From positions 152,845-216,844 of the forward strand of contig CAWHCF010000031.1 of the NCBI GenBank assembly GCA_963827655.1: a stretch of 64,000 bases of DNA. Reading direction: 5' to 3'. This stretch comes from an uncultured Acidobacteriota bacterium. GTDB taxonomy: Bacteria > Acidobacteriota > UBA6911. This document shows, in pieces, positions 53,935 to 64,000 of this stretch. Under the pieces are notes generated by a model. That model had not been told where the DNA came from, ran no database searches, and saw nothing but the letters and a program-made list of their open reading frames with translations. Numbering within the stretch: the first letter of the stretch is position 1; every line of letters starts with the position of its first letter. The position numbers and the translations under genes are program-made.

Positions 53935-55639
53935 CCTTCAAGACTTTATCTTCCCCTTTGTTTGCGTCTTTGCGGCTGCGCGGTGTCAAGGCGCCGCTCG
54001 GCCTGCTCGCCGCCGCCCTGGCATCTGCGGGAGCATCTTCTGAAGTTCCTCAATTTCTCGAGGTCGGCCGCCAGGCCAAAATCGATACCGTTGTGGTAAG
54101 CGGCGAAGCGCGTGAAAAGCGATTCTTGCTCGAATCGGTCGGTGGCGGGTTGGCGGTGATCGATTACGACAACGACGGCTGGATCGACCTGTTCATCCTC
54201 AATGGAGGAACAATCGAGAGCTCGCGCTCCGGGGTGAGCAAGCATCCCAGCGCGCTGTATCGGAACAACCATGACGGCACCTTCACCAACGTCACGGCGG
54301 CCGCCGGGATTCGTAACCATCATTGGGGCAAAGGCGCTCTGGCGGCCGATTTCAACAACGACGGCTTCCAGGACCTCTACATCGCGAACTACGGACCGGA
54401 TCTTCTCTACATGAACAACGGCAACGGCACTTTCAAGGATTGCACGGCGCGCGCCGGAGTCGGCGATCCACGCTGGTCTTCGGCCGCGTCTGCCGCCGAC
54501 TACGATCGCGATGGAGATCTCGATCTTTTCGTCGTTAATTACCTGGACTATGACATCAATCGCCTGCCTGTCACCGGAAAGTTCTGCTCGTATCGCGGAA
54601 TTCCTGTAGCTTGTGGTCCGCGCGGCCTGAAGGGAGCGGGGGATACTCTTTACCGGAATAATGGCGACGGGTCATTCACTGACGTATCGGAGCAGGCCGG
54701 TGTGGCTGATCCCGAGGGTTTCTACGGACTCGGGACAGCCTGGGCGATTACGACAATGACGGCGATCCCGATCTGTTCGTGGCCAACGATACCACTCCCA
54801 ATTATCTTTACCGGAACGACGGCAACGGGCGCTTCACGGAAGTGGGAGTTCGAACCGGAGTTGCCTTCAGCGAAGACGGGCGAGCGCAGGCGGGTATGGG
54901 GGTCGAGTTTGAGGATCTCGACAACGACGGCTGGCTCGACGTCATGGTTACCAACTTCTCCGACGACTACAACACGCTGCGCCGCAATACCGGTAAGGCT
55001 CTCTTCCAGGACGATTCCTACACTGCGGGAATAGCGGCCGATTCGTGGCTGGACCTGAGCTGGGGCGTCGGCTTTTTTGACTTCAACAACGACGGCCTGA
55101 AGGACGTTTTCATTGCCAACGGCCACATCTATCCGCAGGTCGACCGCTACGGTCTCAACATTTCCTACCGGCAGCAGAACAAGCTTTACTTGAACACCGG
55201 GACCGGAAAGCTGTTAAACGTCAGCGGCAAAGCGGGTCCCGGTCTGCAGATTGCGAAATCGCACCGCGGCGCGGCGTTTGCGGATTTCAATAATGATGGC
55301 CAGATGGATATCGCGATTGTGGCGCTGGACGATCAGCCCTCGCTGCTGATGAATCAAGGCGTGCCCGGCCACCATTGGGTTCTGGTGCGGCTGGCAGGAT
55401 CGACCAGTAACCGCTTCGGCGTTGGGGCGCGGGTGACGGTCACGGCCGATGGCATGCGCCAGATCCGTGAGGTCAAGGCGGGAGGGAGCTATGCGTCCTG
55501 CAACGACTTTCGCGCCCACTTCGGGCTGGGCAAAGCCGGCGTCATCGAGGAAATAACCGTTGCCTGGCCGTCGGGCAAAGTATCGAAGATGACCAACGTC
55601 CCCGCCGATCGTGTGATGACAATCGAGGAGCCCAGGTGA
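53931..55639 (+). CDS. CRTAC1-family protein (FG-GAP + ASPIC/UnbV; indel near 54745)
   Basis: DYDNDG repeats, CGPRGL, AGMG, AHFGLG; GTGA overlap with the TPR stop. Confidence 0.88.
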
Positions 55640-55650
55640 GGCGGACAACC

Positions 55651-55701
55651 TTGCGTCTGCGGCGTCTTCGAGGCATTAACCACGAAGACGCCGAGACGCA
55701 G
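55651..55701. repeat. REP-like palindrome between convergent genes
   Basis: TTGCGTCTGCGGCGTCTTCG...CGAAGACGCCGAGACGCAG. Confidence 0.65.
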
Positions 55702-55707
55702 AAGAAA

Positions 55708-58700
55708 CTACCATTCAGCCCGAAAGCCCAAACGTAACGAGCGGTTGGCCGCCTGGTCACCCGTCGAGGCAGTGTTCGGACCACCAACCCCACGGATAGT
55801 CGCGACTGAACCGGCGTTGGACAGATTAGTCGGGATTGGCCCAGTTCGGGTGATTGAAGAAATTGGTCGAGGTCAACTCGATCCGGAAGCGCGGCACGTT
55901 CGGATTCTCAGAGAAGGTGAAGTACTTGTGAAATCCGACGTGAAACACGTTGGTTCCGGACCGATGACCTGACCGCGCGCCGAGTTGCCGAAACCTCCGA
56001 TCGGCGGCGCCCCAAAGGCGGTAGGATCGAACCAGCGATCGATGTTCGGGTTGTCGACGTTGGGATCGCGTAGCTGGTCGGGCCGAATACTGATCAAGGG
56101 GCGGTTCGCTCCCGTGGTAAATGCCGTTCCCGTTGGGTCGGGGACCGAGATCAGCGGCGTGAGAAACATGCCGGTTTGATGGTAGGCGATCATCGAAATC
56201 TCCCAGCCGCCGAGCGCAAGATCGACCGGTCGAGGCGCGCTGGCGAGCCAGTGACGGCCCTGACCCCAAGGCAGCTGATAGATCATCGCGTTGGTCAGCC
56301 GGTGCGTCGGAATGGTCTGATCCACCGCCCGCTCTCGCCGCCGGTCGTATGGATTCTCGATGCTCCCCTCCCTCTGGTCGCCGATGTCGCGAGCCCAGGT
56401 GTATCCCGACTGAAAATAGAGCCCGCCCGAAAGCTTGCGCTCCGCTTCAATCGAGAATCCGTGGTAGTTGTGGTTCGCCCCGTGGTCGAAGTAGGAGATT
56501 CCGGGATAAAGGGGGAAGCGCCGCGGCTTATCGATGAACAGCCGCTCATCGACCACAGGGGCATTGATGTTGTAGTCGTATTGCATCTGGCGCGTGTTCG
56601 TCCCTATGTAGGAAACCCGGAAGCCGGTAGCCCACTGCTGGTGCTCGATCGTCAGATTCCACTGCTGGCTGTAAGGCATCTTCAGATCGGGATTGATGGC
56701 GGCGGGAAGCCCGATGGTGGAGGGTCCGCCCGTGCCGGTGGCCGGGAAGGCCTGCGGCAGCACGAGTGATCGGAGCCGGCGTCGTGTTCGTGAAGCCGGG
56801 CTCACTGATCACGAAGGGGCTTCCGCCCTGAGTCGGATTGATAGGCGTCGTGTCGTAGTAGATACCGTAGCCGGCGCGCAGCACGGTATCGTTGCCGCTG
56901 AACGGCTTGTAAGCCAGGCCGAAGCGCGGGGCGATATTGTTCTTGTCGCTGCGCACCAGCGTGCGGCTGGGCAGCCCCAGGTCGCTCGCCTTGACGATAT
57001 CGACGTACCCCGGAGGGATGAGCGGCGAGAGGAGCGAGATGCCGCGGTCGTCGACTGCGATCTTTCCGCTGACGACGTCGAACATCGCTTGCATCCCGTT
57101 ATCTTCCTCCCAGACCGGGTGATACTCATACCGCACCCCCAGGTTCAACGTCAGACGCTGCGACAGCTTCCAGTCATCCTGGAAGAAGTACTCGTACATC
57201 CAGCGGCTGCGCTCGACCAGTACCGGCGGGAAGGCCCGGGAAGCCGAGGTCGGGACACCGAAGAGAAAGTCGGCATAGGGGTGGCCGCTCGCGGTCACAT
57301 TGGGTACGCGGGTATAGGTATTGGCAAAGGTCACGTTGCCGAAGAGATTGGCGTTCGCGCTGGAGCTGTCCCAGCGCACCTTGCGAATCTCGACACCCAT
57401 CCTGAGGCCGTGCTTGCCACGGAAGAAGCTGACCTGGTCCTGAAACTGTCGAATCTTGTTCAGGAATCCGGGCCGGGTCCAGTCGATCTGAGAAATTCCG
57501 GTCAGGCCGACGCCAGTGAAGGCCACCTTGAACACGCCCCCGATGTCCGGCAGGTCGGGAGCGAGCCCTTGGATGCCGAGATCACTGATGACCTCCGGCC
57601 CGTTGAGCGGCCCTTCGAGCGGATTGTTATTGAAGGTATGGCCAAAGCGGACCTCGTTCAACAGAGTGGGGCTGAAGGTATGCGACCAGACTGCCGTCAG
57701 GGCCTTGTTGCGGCGGAACTGGCGGCGCGGACCGAACGACGGCAGGTTCCCCTCCCAGACCCCCACCTTCTGCTGGTTCACCGTATACCGGGCAAAGACC
57801 GAATCATTGTTCCCCATTTTTTGGTCGATGCGCCCCACCATGTAATAAGGAGTGTCGAAAGGTCGCGGCAAGATCTCCCGGTAGTTATTGGAGGTCAGGA
57901 TGCTGGTGTCGCCGAAGTTGGGCAGCGGATAGAAGCGTTCCTGGATTCTCCTGGTGACCGGGTTGACCACACTCGAAGGGATGCGACCGTCGGCGTAGAT
58001 TTCATTGGTGAACGGATTGCGAATCTGAATGCCGAGGGCGGAGAAATCGCCGCGGCGCCAGCTGTCGAGCGGAACCGTCGGATTGAGCTGGGCTGTCGCC
58101 TGGCTGCCGGTGAATGTTTCGGCCGACATGAAGAAGAACGTCCGGTTCTTGCCGTTGTAGATCTTCGGGAGAAAGATGGGGCCTCCCGCGGCGAAGCCGA
58201 GATTGTGCGAGACGCCCGTGGCCCGCTCCGATGCGAAAGGGTTTCGGGTTCGAAGAAAGGGGCTGACGTAGTAGTCGAAAACGGTCCCGTGAAAATCATT
58301 GGTCCCCGATTTGGAGACGAGCGTGACGTTTCCGAGGGTGCCAAACTCCGCGCTGTTGTTGGCCATATCGATCTTCACTTCATTGAAAGATTCGATGAAG
58401 TTGGCCAGCGGCCCGATCTGAGTTTCGCCGACGCCGTCACTCATGGTCGTCCCGTCAATCGCCCATTGAGACTGGTTGCCGCGGCTCCCGGCGAAGGAGA
58501 TCGTGCTTCCTCCCGCGCGCTGCAGGACGGACGGGGTGACCGAAAGATAGGCCCAGATGCCCCGGGTGTTCAGCGGCAGCGTCTTCAACTCGTAAGCCGT
58601 GCGGGTATCGTTGATGCGAGCCGTTTCAGTTTCGATCAGGGTGGCGCCCGCAGAGACTTCTATTGAGGTCATCCACCCCGCCAACTTCCAGCTGGATGTC

Positions 58701-59021
58701 CATCCGGCGCAGATCGCGCGGGGTCAGCACGATATCTTTGGCGACGAATTCCTTGAACCCAGGGAGTTGGGCTCGGAGAATATACTCCCCTTCTTTGAGC
58801 TGCGTCAGAGTATAGAGTCCGGCCTCGTTGGATTGAGTCGCCACCTGGACGTTCGTGGCCACGTGAGTTGCAGTCAGGGTGACGCCCGGGACAAGGGCTC
58901 CCGTGGAATCCGTTACAGTTCCCGTGATGGTTGCAAAAGTAGTTTGCGCGACCGCAGGGAGAGCCGCGAAGAACAGGGTTATCGAACCCAAAGCTACAGC
59001 GAGCATCTTAAGCACACGCAT
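55708..59021 (-). CDS. Oar-like TonB-dependent receptor (about four indels: ~58680, ~56770, ~55955, ~55830)
   Basis: Signal peptide, SKSGTNDFHG, QDDWK, NFFNHPNW, reconstructed C-terminus RSLRLGFRAEW*. Confidence 0.83.
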
Positions 59022-59144
59022 CTAACACCTCCGAAAAGTTGCAAGGTATTAAGTAAAGCGTATGGGGCGTGCGGAATCAAGACCGGATATGGTAAAAGAA
59101 GATTCCATTAGCCGTCAGCTGTCAGTTTCTGTCGAGGAAATCTC

Positions 59145-60989
59145 ATGACCAAACACTGTGTGATTTTCGTCTTCTGTGTTCTGATGCGGCAGGGGTACGG
59201 CCAGGAATGGCCCCACTACGGCGCAGACCCGGGAGGAATGCGCTATTCGCCGCTCGACCAGATCAATCGGGGTAACGTGACCCGCCTGAAAGTTGCCTGG
59301 ACTTATCGCACCGGGGACATGAGCGACGGAACCGTGTATCCAACACGCTCGGCCTTTGAATGTACTCCGATCGTAATCGATGGCGTCATGTACATCAGCA
59401 CCCCTTTTTCGCGAGTGGTTGCGCTGGACCCGGAATCAGGAAAAGAGCTCTGGAGCTTCGATCCGAAAATCGACAAGAAGGCTCAATACAATCTCTTCAT
59501 CAACCGCGGAGTTGCGTTCTGGGGCCGGGGCGGCGACAAACGGGTCTTCGTGGGGACACTCGACGGCAGGCTTTTTGCCCTGAATGCCGCCGACGGGAAG
59601 CCGGTCCATAGTTTCGGGGAAAACGGAGTGATCAACCTGCGCGCCGGGTTTACCGAGCCCTATCCGAACCGGACGTATGGCATGACCTCGCCGCCCCTGA
59701 TTTACCGGGACCTGGTTATCACCGGGTCGGTTGTGTCCGACGGCGAACCCCAGGGTCCGAGCGGCGATGTGCGCGCCTTCGATGCGCGGACGGGAAAGCT
59801 GGTCTGGCGCTTTCACACCGTCCCGCGGGCTGGGGAATTCGGCAACGATACCTGGCAGGGAGATTCCTGGAGGAATCGGGGCGGCACCAATGTCTGGTCG
59901 ATCATGAGCTGCGACGAGTCCCGAGGCATCGTCTACCTTCCATTGACATCTCCCTCTCCGGATCGCTATGGCGGAGAGCGCAAGGGAAAGAACCTGTTCG
60001 GTGATTCGCTTGTGGCCCTGGAGGCGGCCACGGGAAAACGGCTCTGGCATTACCAGATCGTTCATCACGATTTGTGGGACTACGATCTTCCGGCACAGCC
60101 GACGCTGGTGACGATTCGGGGGATCCCGGCGGTGGCGCAGATTACCAAGATGGGCTTCCTGTTTGTGTTCAATCGCTTGACCGGGGAACCGCTTTTCCCG
60201 ATTGAAGAACGTCCGGTTCCAGCCAGCGAGGTGCCTGGGGAGGAAGCGTGGCCCACGCAACCCTTTCCGCTCAAACCTCCGCCGGTTGCCCGGCAGAGCA
60301 TGACTCCGGACGAAGTCACCGACGTGACTCCGGAGTCGCGCGCCGAGTGTCTGAAGCTTCTGGAAGGAGCGAAAATCGGAAAGATTTACCAGCCGGCCGG
60401 TCTGGACTATACCGTTATCTTTCCTGGAACCAACGGCGGTCCCGATTGGGGAGGAGCTTCCTACGATCCGGTCTCCAACCTGCTGTTCGTCAACTCGGCG
60501 GACGCCGGGCAGTTCCTCAAGATGGTCAAGGCCCCGGAAGGCAGTAAGGTGGCGTACCGTTCTCAGGGCACGCCCAATGGGCGTTTTTGGGACTCCAATC
60601 AATACCCTTGCCAGAAGCCACCCTGGGGTACGCTGACGGCAATCGATCTGAACCGGGGGGAGTTTCGATGGCAGGTGGTTCTGGGGGTGGTCGACGCTCT
60701 GCTCGCGAAGGGGATTCCACCGACGGGAGCGCCCAGCATGGGAGGATCCATGGTGACCGCCGGCGGCCTGGTTTTTATTGCTGCCACCAACGACAGGCGC
60801 TTCCGGGCGTTTGACAAAGATACCGGCAAGGAACTCTGGGTCACGAGGCTCGAAGCCAGCGGGCATGCGACGCCGATGACGTTCAGGGGAGGAAAAACGG
60901 GCAAGCAGTTTGTTGTGATTGCGGCAGGAGGCGGCAACAAGTACAACAAGACCTACAGCGACGCTCTGGTCGCGTTTGCCCTGCCTTGA
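59145..60989 (+). CDS. Periplasmic PQQ-dependent (glucose/quinate-type) dehydrogenase lacking the membrane domain
   Basis: RYSPLDQIN, HHDLWDYD, GGPDWGG, PCQKPPWG, AFDKDTGKELW. Confidence 0.9.
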   Translation: MTKHCVIFVFCVLMRQGYGQEWPHYGADPGGMRYSPLDQINRGNVTRLKVAWTYRTGDMSDGTVYPTRSAFECTPIVIDGVMYISTPFSRVVALDPESGKELWSFDPKIDKKAQYNLFINRGVAFWGRGGDKRVFVGTLDGRLFALNAADGKPVHSFGENGVINLRAGFTEPYPNRTYGMTSPPLIYRDLVITGSVVSDGEPQGPSGDVRAFDARTGKLVWRFHTVPRAGEFGNDTWQGDSWRNRGGTNVWSIMSCDESRGIVYLPLTSPSPDRYGGERKGKNLFGDSLVALEAATGKRLWHYQIVHHDLWDYDLPAQPTLVTIRGIPAVAQITKMGFLFVFNRLTGEPLFPIEERPVPASEVPGEEAWPTQPFPLKPPPVARQSMTPDEVTDVTPESRAECLKLLEGAKIGKIYQPAGLDYTVIFPGTNGGPDWGGASYDPVSNLLFVNSADAGQFLKMVKAPEGSKVAYRSQGTPNGRFWDSNQYPCQKPPWGTLTAIDLNRGEFRWQVVLGVVDALLAKGIPPTGAPSMGGSMVTAGGLVFIAATNDRRFRAFDKDTGKELWVTRLEASGHATPMTFRGGKTGKQFVVIAAGGGNKYNKTYSDALVAFALP

Positions 60990-61475
60990 GATTCAGCATT
61001 CACCGCGAAGACGCGAAGACACCAAGAAACGCAAAAGCCTGTTGCGTCCATTCAGGCCAGGAGGCCGGCAACAGGTACAAGAGTCTTCCTGACGGGATCG
61101 GGGGCGAGTCCGAACTCTTCGAGAGTGACAGCGCCCAAGAGTGCCAGGCAGCCCGAAGGCCCCGCCAGGTATAACGTGATCACCTCTTCCCCGTTCAGCT
61201 GGATGGCAACTTGACCCGCCGCATACACTACCCGTTGTCCGTTCGCCAGCGTAACCGCTCTCTGACGCGTAGGTGTCAATCCGAGCTGCTTTACGAGTTC
61301 ATCGGGCAGCATGGTCCAGGTAGCGCCTGTGTCCACCAGGAGATCAACGGTAAGGCGTTGCTCGGGACGCTGAATGTTGGCAAGGCCGGCCGGGATTGAG
61401 AATGTGCCCATATTGTGGGCAGTATAGCATGATGCAATGAAACGGATCAGACCTGGTCGCGTTTGCCCTGCCTTG
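60966..61475 (+). repeat. Perfect 23-bp direct repeat flanking a protease cassette
   Basis: CTGGTCGCGTTTGCCCTGCCTTG at 60966-60988 and 61453-61475. Confidence 0.9.
61052..61411 (-). CDS. Clan AA (retropepsin-like) aspartic protease
   Basis: LVDTGAT catalytic motif, LANG flap, LLGAVTLE; extended -10 TGCTATACT at 61429-61421. Confidence 0.88.
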   Translation of the reverse strand: MGTFSIPAGLANIQRPEQRLTVDLLVDTGATWTMLPDELVKQLGLTPTRQRAVTLANGQRVVYAAGQVAIQLNGEEVITLYLAGPSGCLALLGAVTLEEFGLAPDPVRKTLVPVAGLLA

Positions 61476-61770
61476 CATTGGACTGGATCTTGAATTCCTG
61501 GATCATCTCTCCTTTTGGCTGAAGCGTGATCTGTCGGCGAATTCCTTAGGTCCGAGATCCAGGTGATGACCGAGCCCGGCCTGACGCCGTCTTAGGCTGA
61601 AGTCGATGTAGCTCGACAGGAACAGGTCCAGGAGCTTCAGAAGTGCAGCTTCAGCCCGAACTGGATGATCCGTGATCGTTTGCCGGAATTAATTAACGAC
61701 GCCGAAGCCGCCGGCACCGACCGGCGGGGAGGATTGGCGGCCGGTGTTGAGACCCGCTCCAGGCAAAAGG
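61476..61770 (-). pseudogene. Fragments of TonB-dependent receptor gene(s)
   Basis: GGFGVVN..SRIIQFGLKLHF* (stop 61637-61639) and a plug-region piece FSL/DGV..QPKGEMIQEFKIQSNA ending at the direct repeat. Confidence 0.6.
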
Positions 61771-61774
61771 AGGC

Positions 61775-62265
61775 CTAATAGATCTGCTGGGTCTTGGCAG
61801 CGACGGTTTTCGGCGGAGTTATTCCTGCGGCAATCATCACTTCACGAAGCGCGGCCTCTGTGTCGGGCGAAGGTTTGAAATTTCCGAATCTATAACCCAC
61901 GGCGATCGCTAACGGGGTCCATTCGAACTTGTTGTTCCGATTCCAGACTTCGATCTTGGCCCCCTTGCCGGCAAGGAACTGCACGACTTTGGGGAGGTTC
62001 TTGTAGGCCGCGCCGTGCATGGCGGTTTCACCGTTGTTGTCGACCGCATTGATGTCGTTGCCCAGCTCCAATGCCACTTGCACCGCCTCCAGGACTTCGC
62101 TCTCGGTTCCGGCGTCCTCGCCGGGGGGACCGTATTGCCAGTCCGGACGCCACTATCAGAGGCGTGGTGTTGTCGGCATTCGGCAGCAGCGGGTCGGCGC
62201 CCAACACGGCCAGCGTCCTCATCAACTCGGCGTCCGCGGTTTGGGCGGCCAGCAGGAAAGGTGTC
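61775..62265 (-). pseudogene. 3' remnant of an ankyrin-repeat protein, truncated next to the IS
   Basis: TPFLLAA..GADP..TTPLIVA, GETAMHGAA, TPLAIA; no credible 5' end. Confidence 0.7.
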
Positions 62266-62415
62266 CATTGCATCATCCTTAGACTTAGAGCGCCCCGCTC
62301 GGTCACTCAGCGCCGCCCCGGTCGACCGTTCAGAAAATCAGCGACCCAATCACGCGGAACATGTGGCCGTCTCAGCTTTCTCGCTCAATCTCCGCGCCTG
62401 TCTGTTATGTAGGGC

Positions 62416-63771
62416 GTGGAGATCGCACCTGCAGCCGTTTACGAGCCGCGCAACCCGCGCGACAGTTCTCTCTTTGCGCTGGTGGAAGACTATTACGAGG
62501 AGTTCGAGCGCGTCTACGACGAGCGCTACCATCAGCAGTACGGCCCCTGGCGCCGGGTCGTCGGCGAGGTGATGCGCAAGTATCTTGAATGTGGAGACCT
62601 GCATCGAGGTTTCGCGCGGCTTGCCTGCGGGCGCTGCCGTTACCAGACGATCCTCGCCTATTCCTGTAAATGTAGACTTTTATGTCCCTCATGCCAACAG
62701 AAGCGCGTCCTGCTTTTCGCGGAGTGGCTCGACACGCACATCCTGGAGCAGGTCAGCCACGCCCAGTACGTCTTCACCATCCCCAAGCTCCTGCGCCCCA
62801 TTTTCAAATACCACCGCCGGGAACTCGACCTGCTCTGCAAATCGGCCTGGCAGGCGCTCAGGGAGATGTTCCAGGAGGTTGCCTCCGATCCCTCTGCCCT
62901 CCCCGGCGTCGTCATCACAGTCCAGAGTTACGGCGACCGCCTCAATTTCCATCCGCACATCCATGCCATCGCCAGCAGGGGAGTCTGGTCCGCCGACGCC
63001 AGCTTTGAACCGATCCCCGCGCTGGATGCTCTCCAGCTCATGCTCCTGTTCCGCCACCATCTGCTCCAAAACCTCCTCGCCTGCGGCAGGATCGGCCAGG
63101 CCACCCTGGACATTCTGGACCGCTTTCACCATCCCGGCTTTTCCGCCTACGAGGGACAGAGTGTGGTCGCAGGCGACAGCGCCGCCCGCGAACGGCTCGC
63201 ATCGTACCTTGTCCACGCACCCTTTTCTCTCGCCCGGCTCCACTATGACCGCGCCGCCGGCATCGTCTCTTACGAGGCTCGCGCCTCCTCCCGCTCGAAC
63301 CTGCCGGCCCCCGCCCCGCAACGGTTCTCCCCCTTGGATGCACTCGCCGCTCTGACTGCTCATATCCCCGAAAAAGGGTTTCAGCTCGTCAGGTATTGCG
63401 GCTATTACAGTAACAAAGCGCGCGGACAACGGCGCAAGCGACAACAATGCACTGCCAGCGTCACTTCTGTGGCGACCCCTTTGCCCGAGCCTGATCAGGA
63501 CGACTTCCGCCGCCACCGCAGACGGGCTTGGGCACGCTTGATCCGCAAAGTCTGGTGTGCAGATCCGCTCGTGTGCCCAAAATGTTCCGGCCCATTACGC
63601 ATCATCAGTTTCATCGAAAACTCCGCCGTCATCGAAAAAATCCTGCGCCACCTCAAGCTTTGGGATCCGCCCGAGCGTCCCCCTCCGCCCCGCTCTTCAA
63701 CCACACTAGAATATGACGCGGATTTTCTTGCCTGGCGGGCCGCCGGCCGGCTGTTTGATGGCATCGACTGA
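62416..63771 (+). mobile_element. IS91/ISCR-like rolling-circle (Y2 HUH) transposase
   Basis: Zn-binding C..CGRC..SCKCRLLCPSC, HUH motif HPHIH, VRYCGYYSN, C-terminal CPKC. Confidence 0.88.
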
Positions 63772-64000
63772 AGCTTGCGGCGCGTTCGGCCGATTGCCGT
63801 CGCAAAACGGAAACGGGCTGCAAGGGGAGTAGTGTGCCCCGGCGCCGACTGCAGACGGTGACCAGAAGCGCCCCCCGAGCTTGAGGGGACGCTTCCCCTT
63901 ACCTTTCTTACCCTATTTGCCGATTGGGTCCCCGGGCTTCGCGAAAACTCTCGACCTTATTTTCCGGGTGGGATAATTCCGGATGATTTCCACCTCAGCC

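Noticed and set aside
56693-58666. Long antisense ORFs (657 aa here; also 59436-60866, 34313-35443, 28860-29954)
   Set aside because: Shadow ORFs opposite well-supported genes, expected in GC-rich DNA.

Overview
GC-rich bacterial chromosomal window, most likely Acidobacteriota. This is an inference from the Oar-like TonB-dependent receptors ending in RIIQxGL, the FG-GAP/UnbV proteins and a TolB-propeller Ser/Thr kinase. Bases 1-14.2 kb hold the conserved origin-proximal block purB, rpmH-rnpA-yidD-yidC-jag-mnmE-mnmG-rsmG-(2x parS)-parA-parB-bactofilin, with no dnaA, followed by a candidate ~220-nt structured ncRNA and a methylmalonyl-CoA mutase subunit. Bases 15-28.6 kb hold a serine hydrolase, a secreted three-domain RidA protein and a stress/desiccation island (CBS, BON, hemerythrin, SIMPL, ligD, ku, PRC-barrel, EEP) with three sigma54-type -24/-12 promoters. 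Bases 28.7-61 kb hold uptake and periplasmic catabolism genes (3 TonB-dependent receptors, 2 CRTAC1/UnbV, 2 TPR, Tat-exported enolase-family, PhoD-like and isomerase proteins, a PQQ dehydrogenase), glgC, malQ, a small HExxH+LysM island and a Ser/Thr kinase whose ECF sigma partner has decayed. Bases 61-64 kb hold an aspartyl-protease mini-cassette flanked by a perfect 23-bp duplication of the neighbouring gene end, gene debris and an IS91-like transposase. A family of REP-like 8-bp-periodic palindromes (GAAGACAC/GTCTTCGC) and tiny MITE-like insertions with CTAR target duplications is scattered through the intergenic DNA. About 20 single-base frameshifts, two of them in the essential yidC, indicate indel errors in the assembly, so most split genes are probably intact in vivo. 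All calls come from motif recognition by eye, without database searches.
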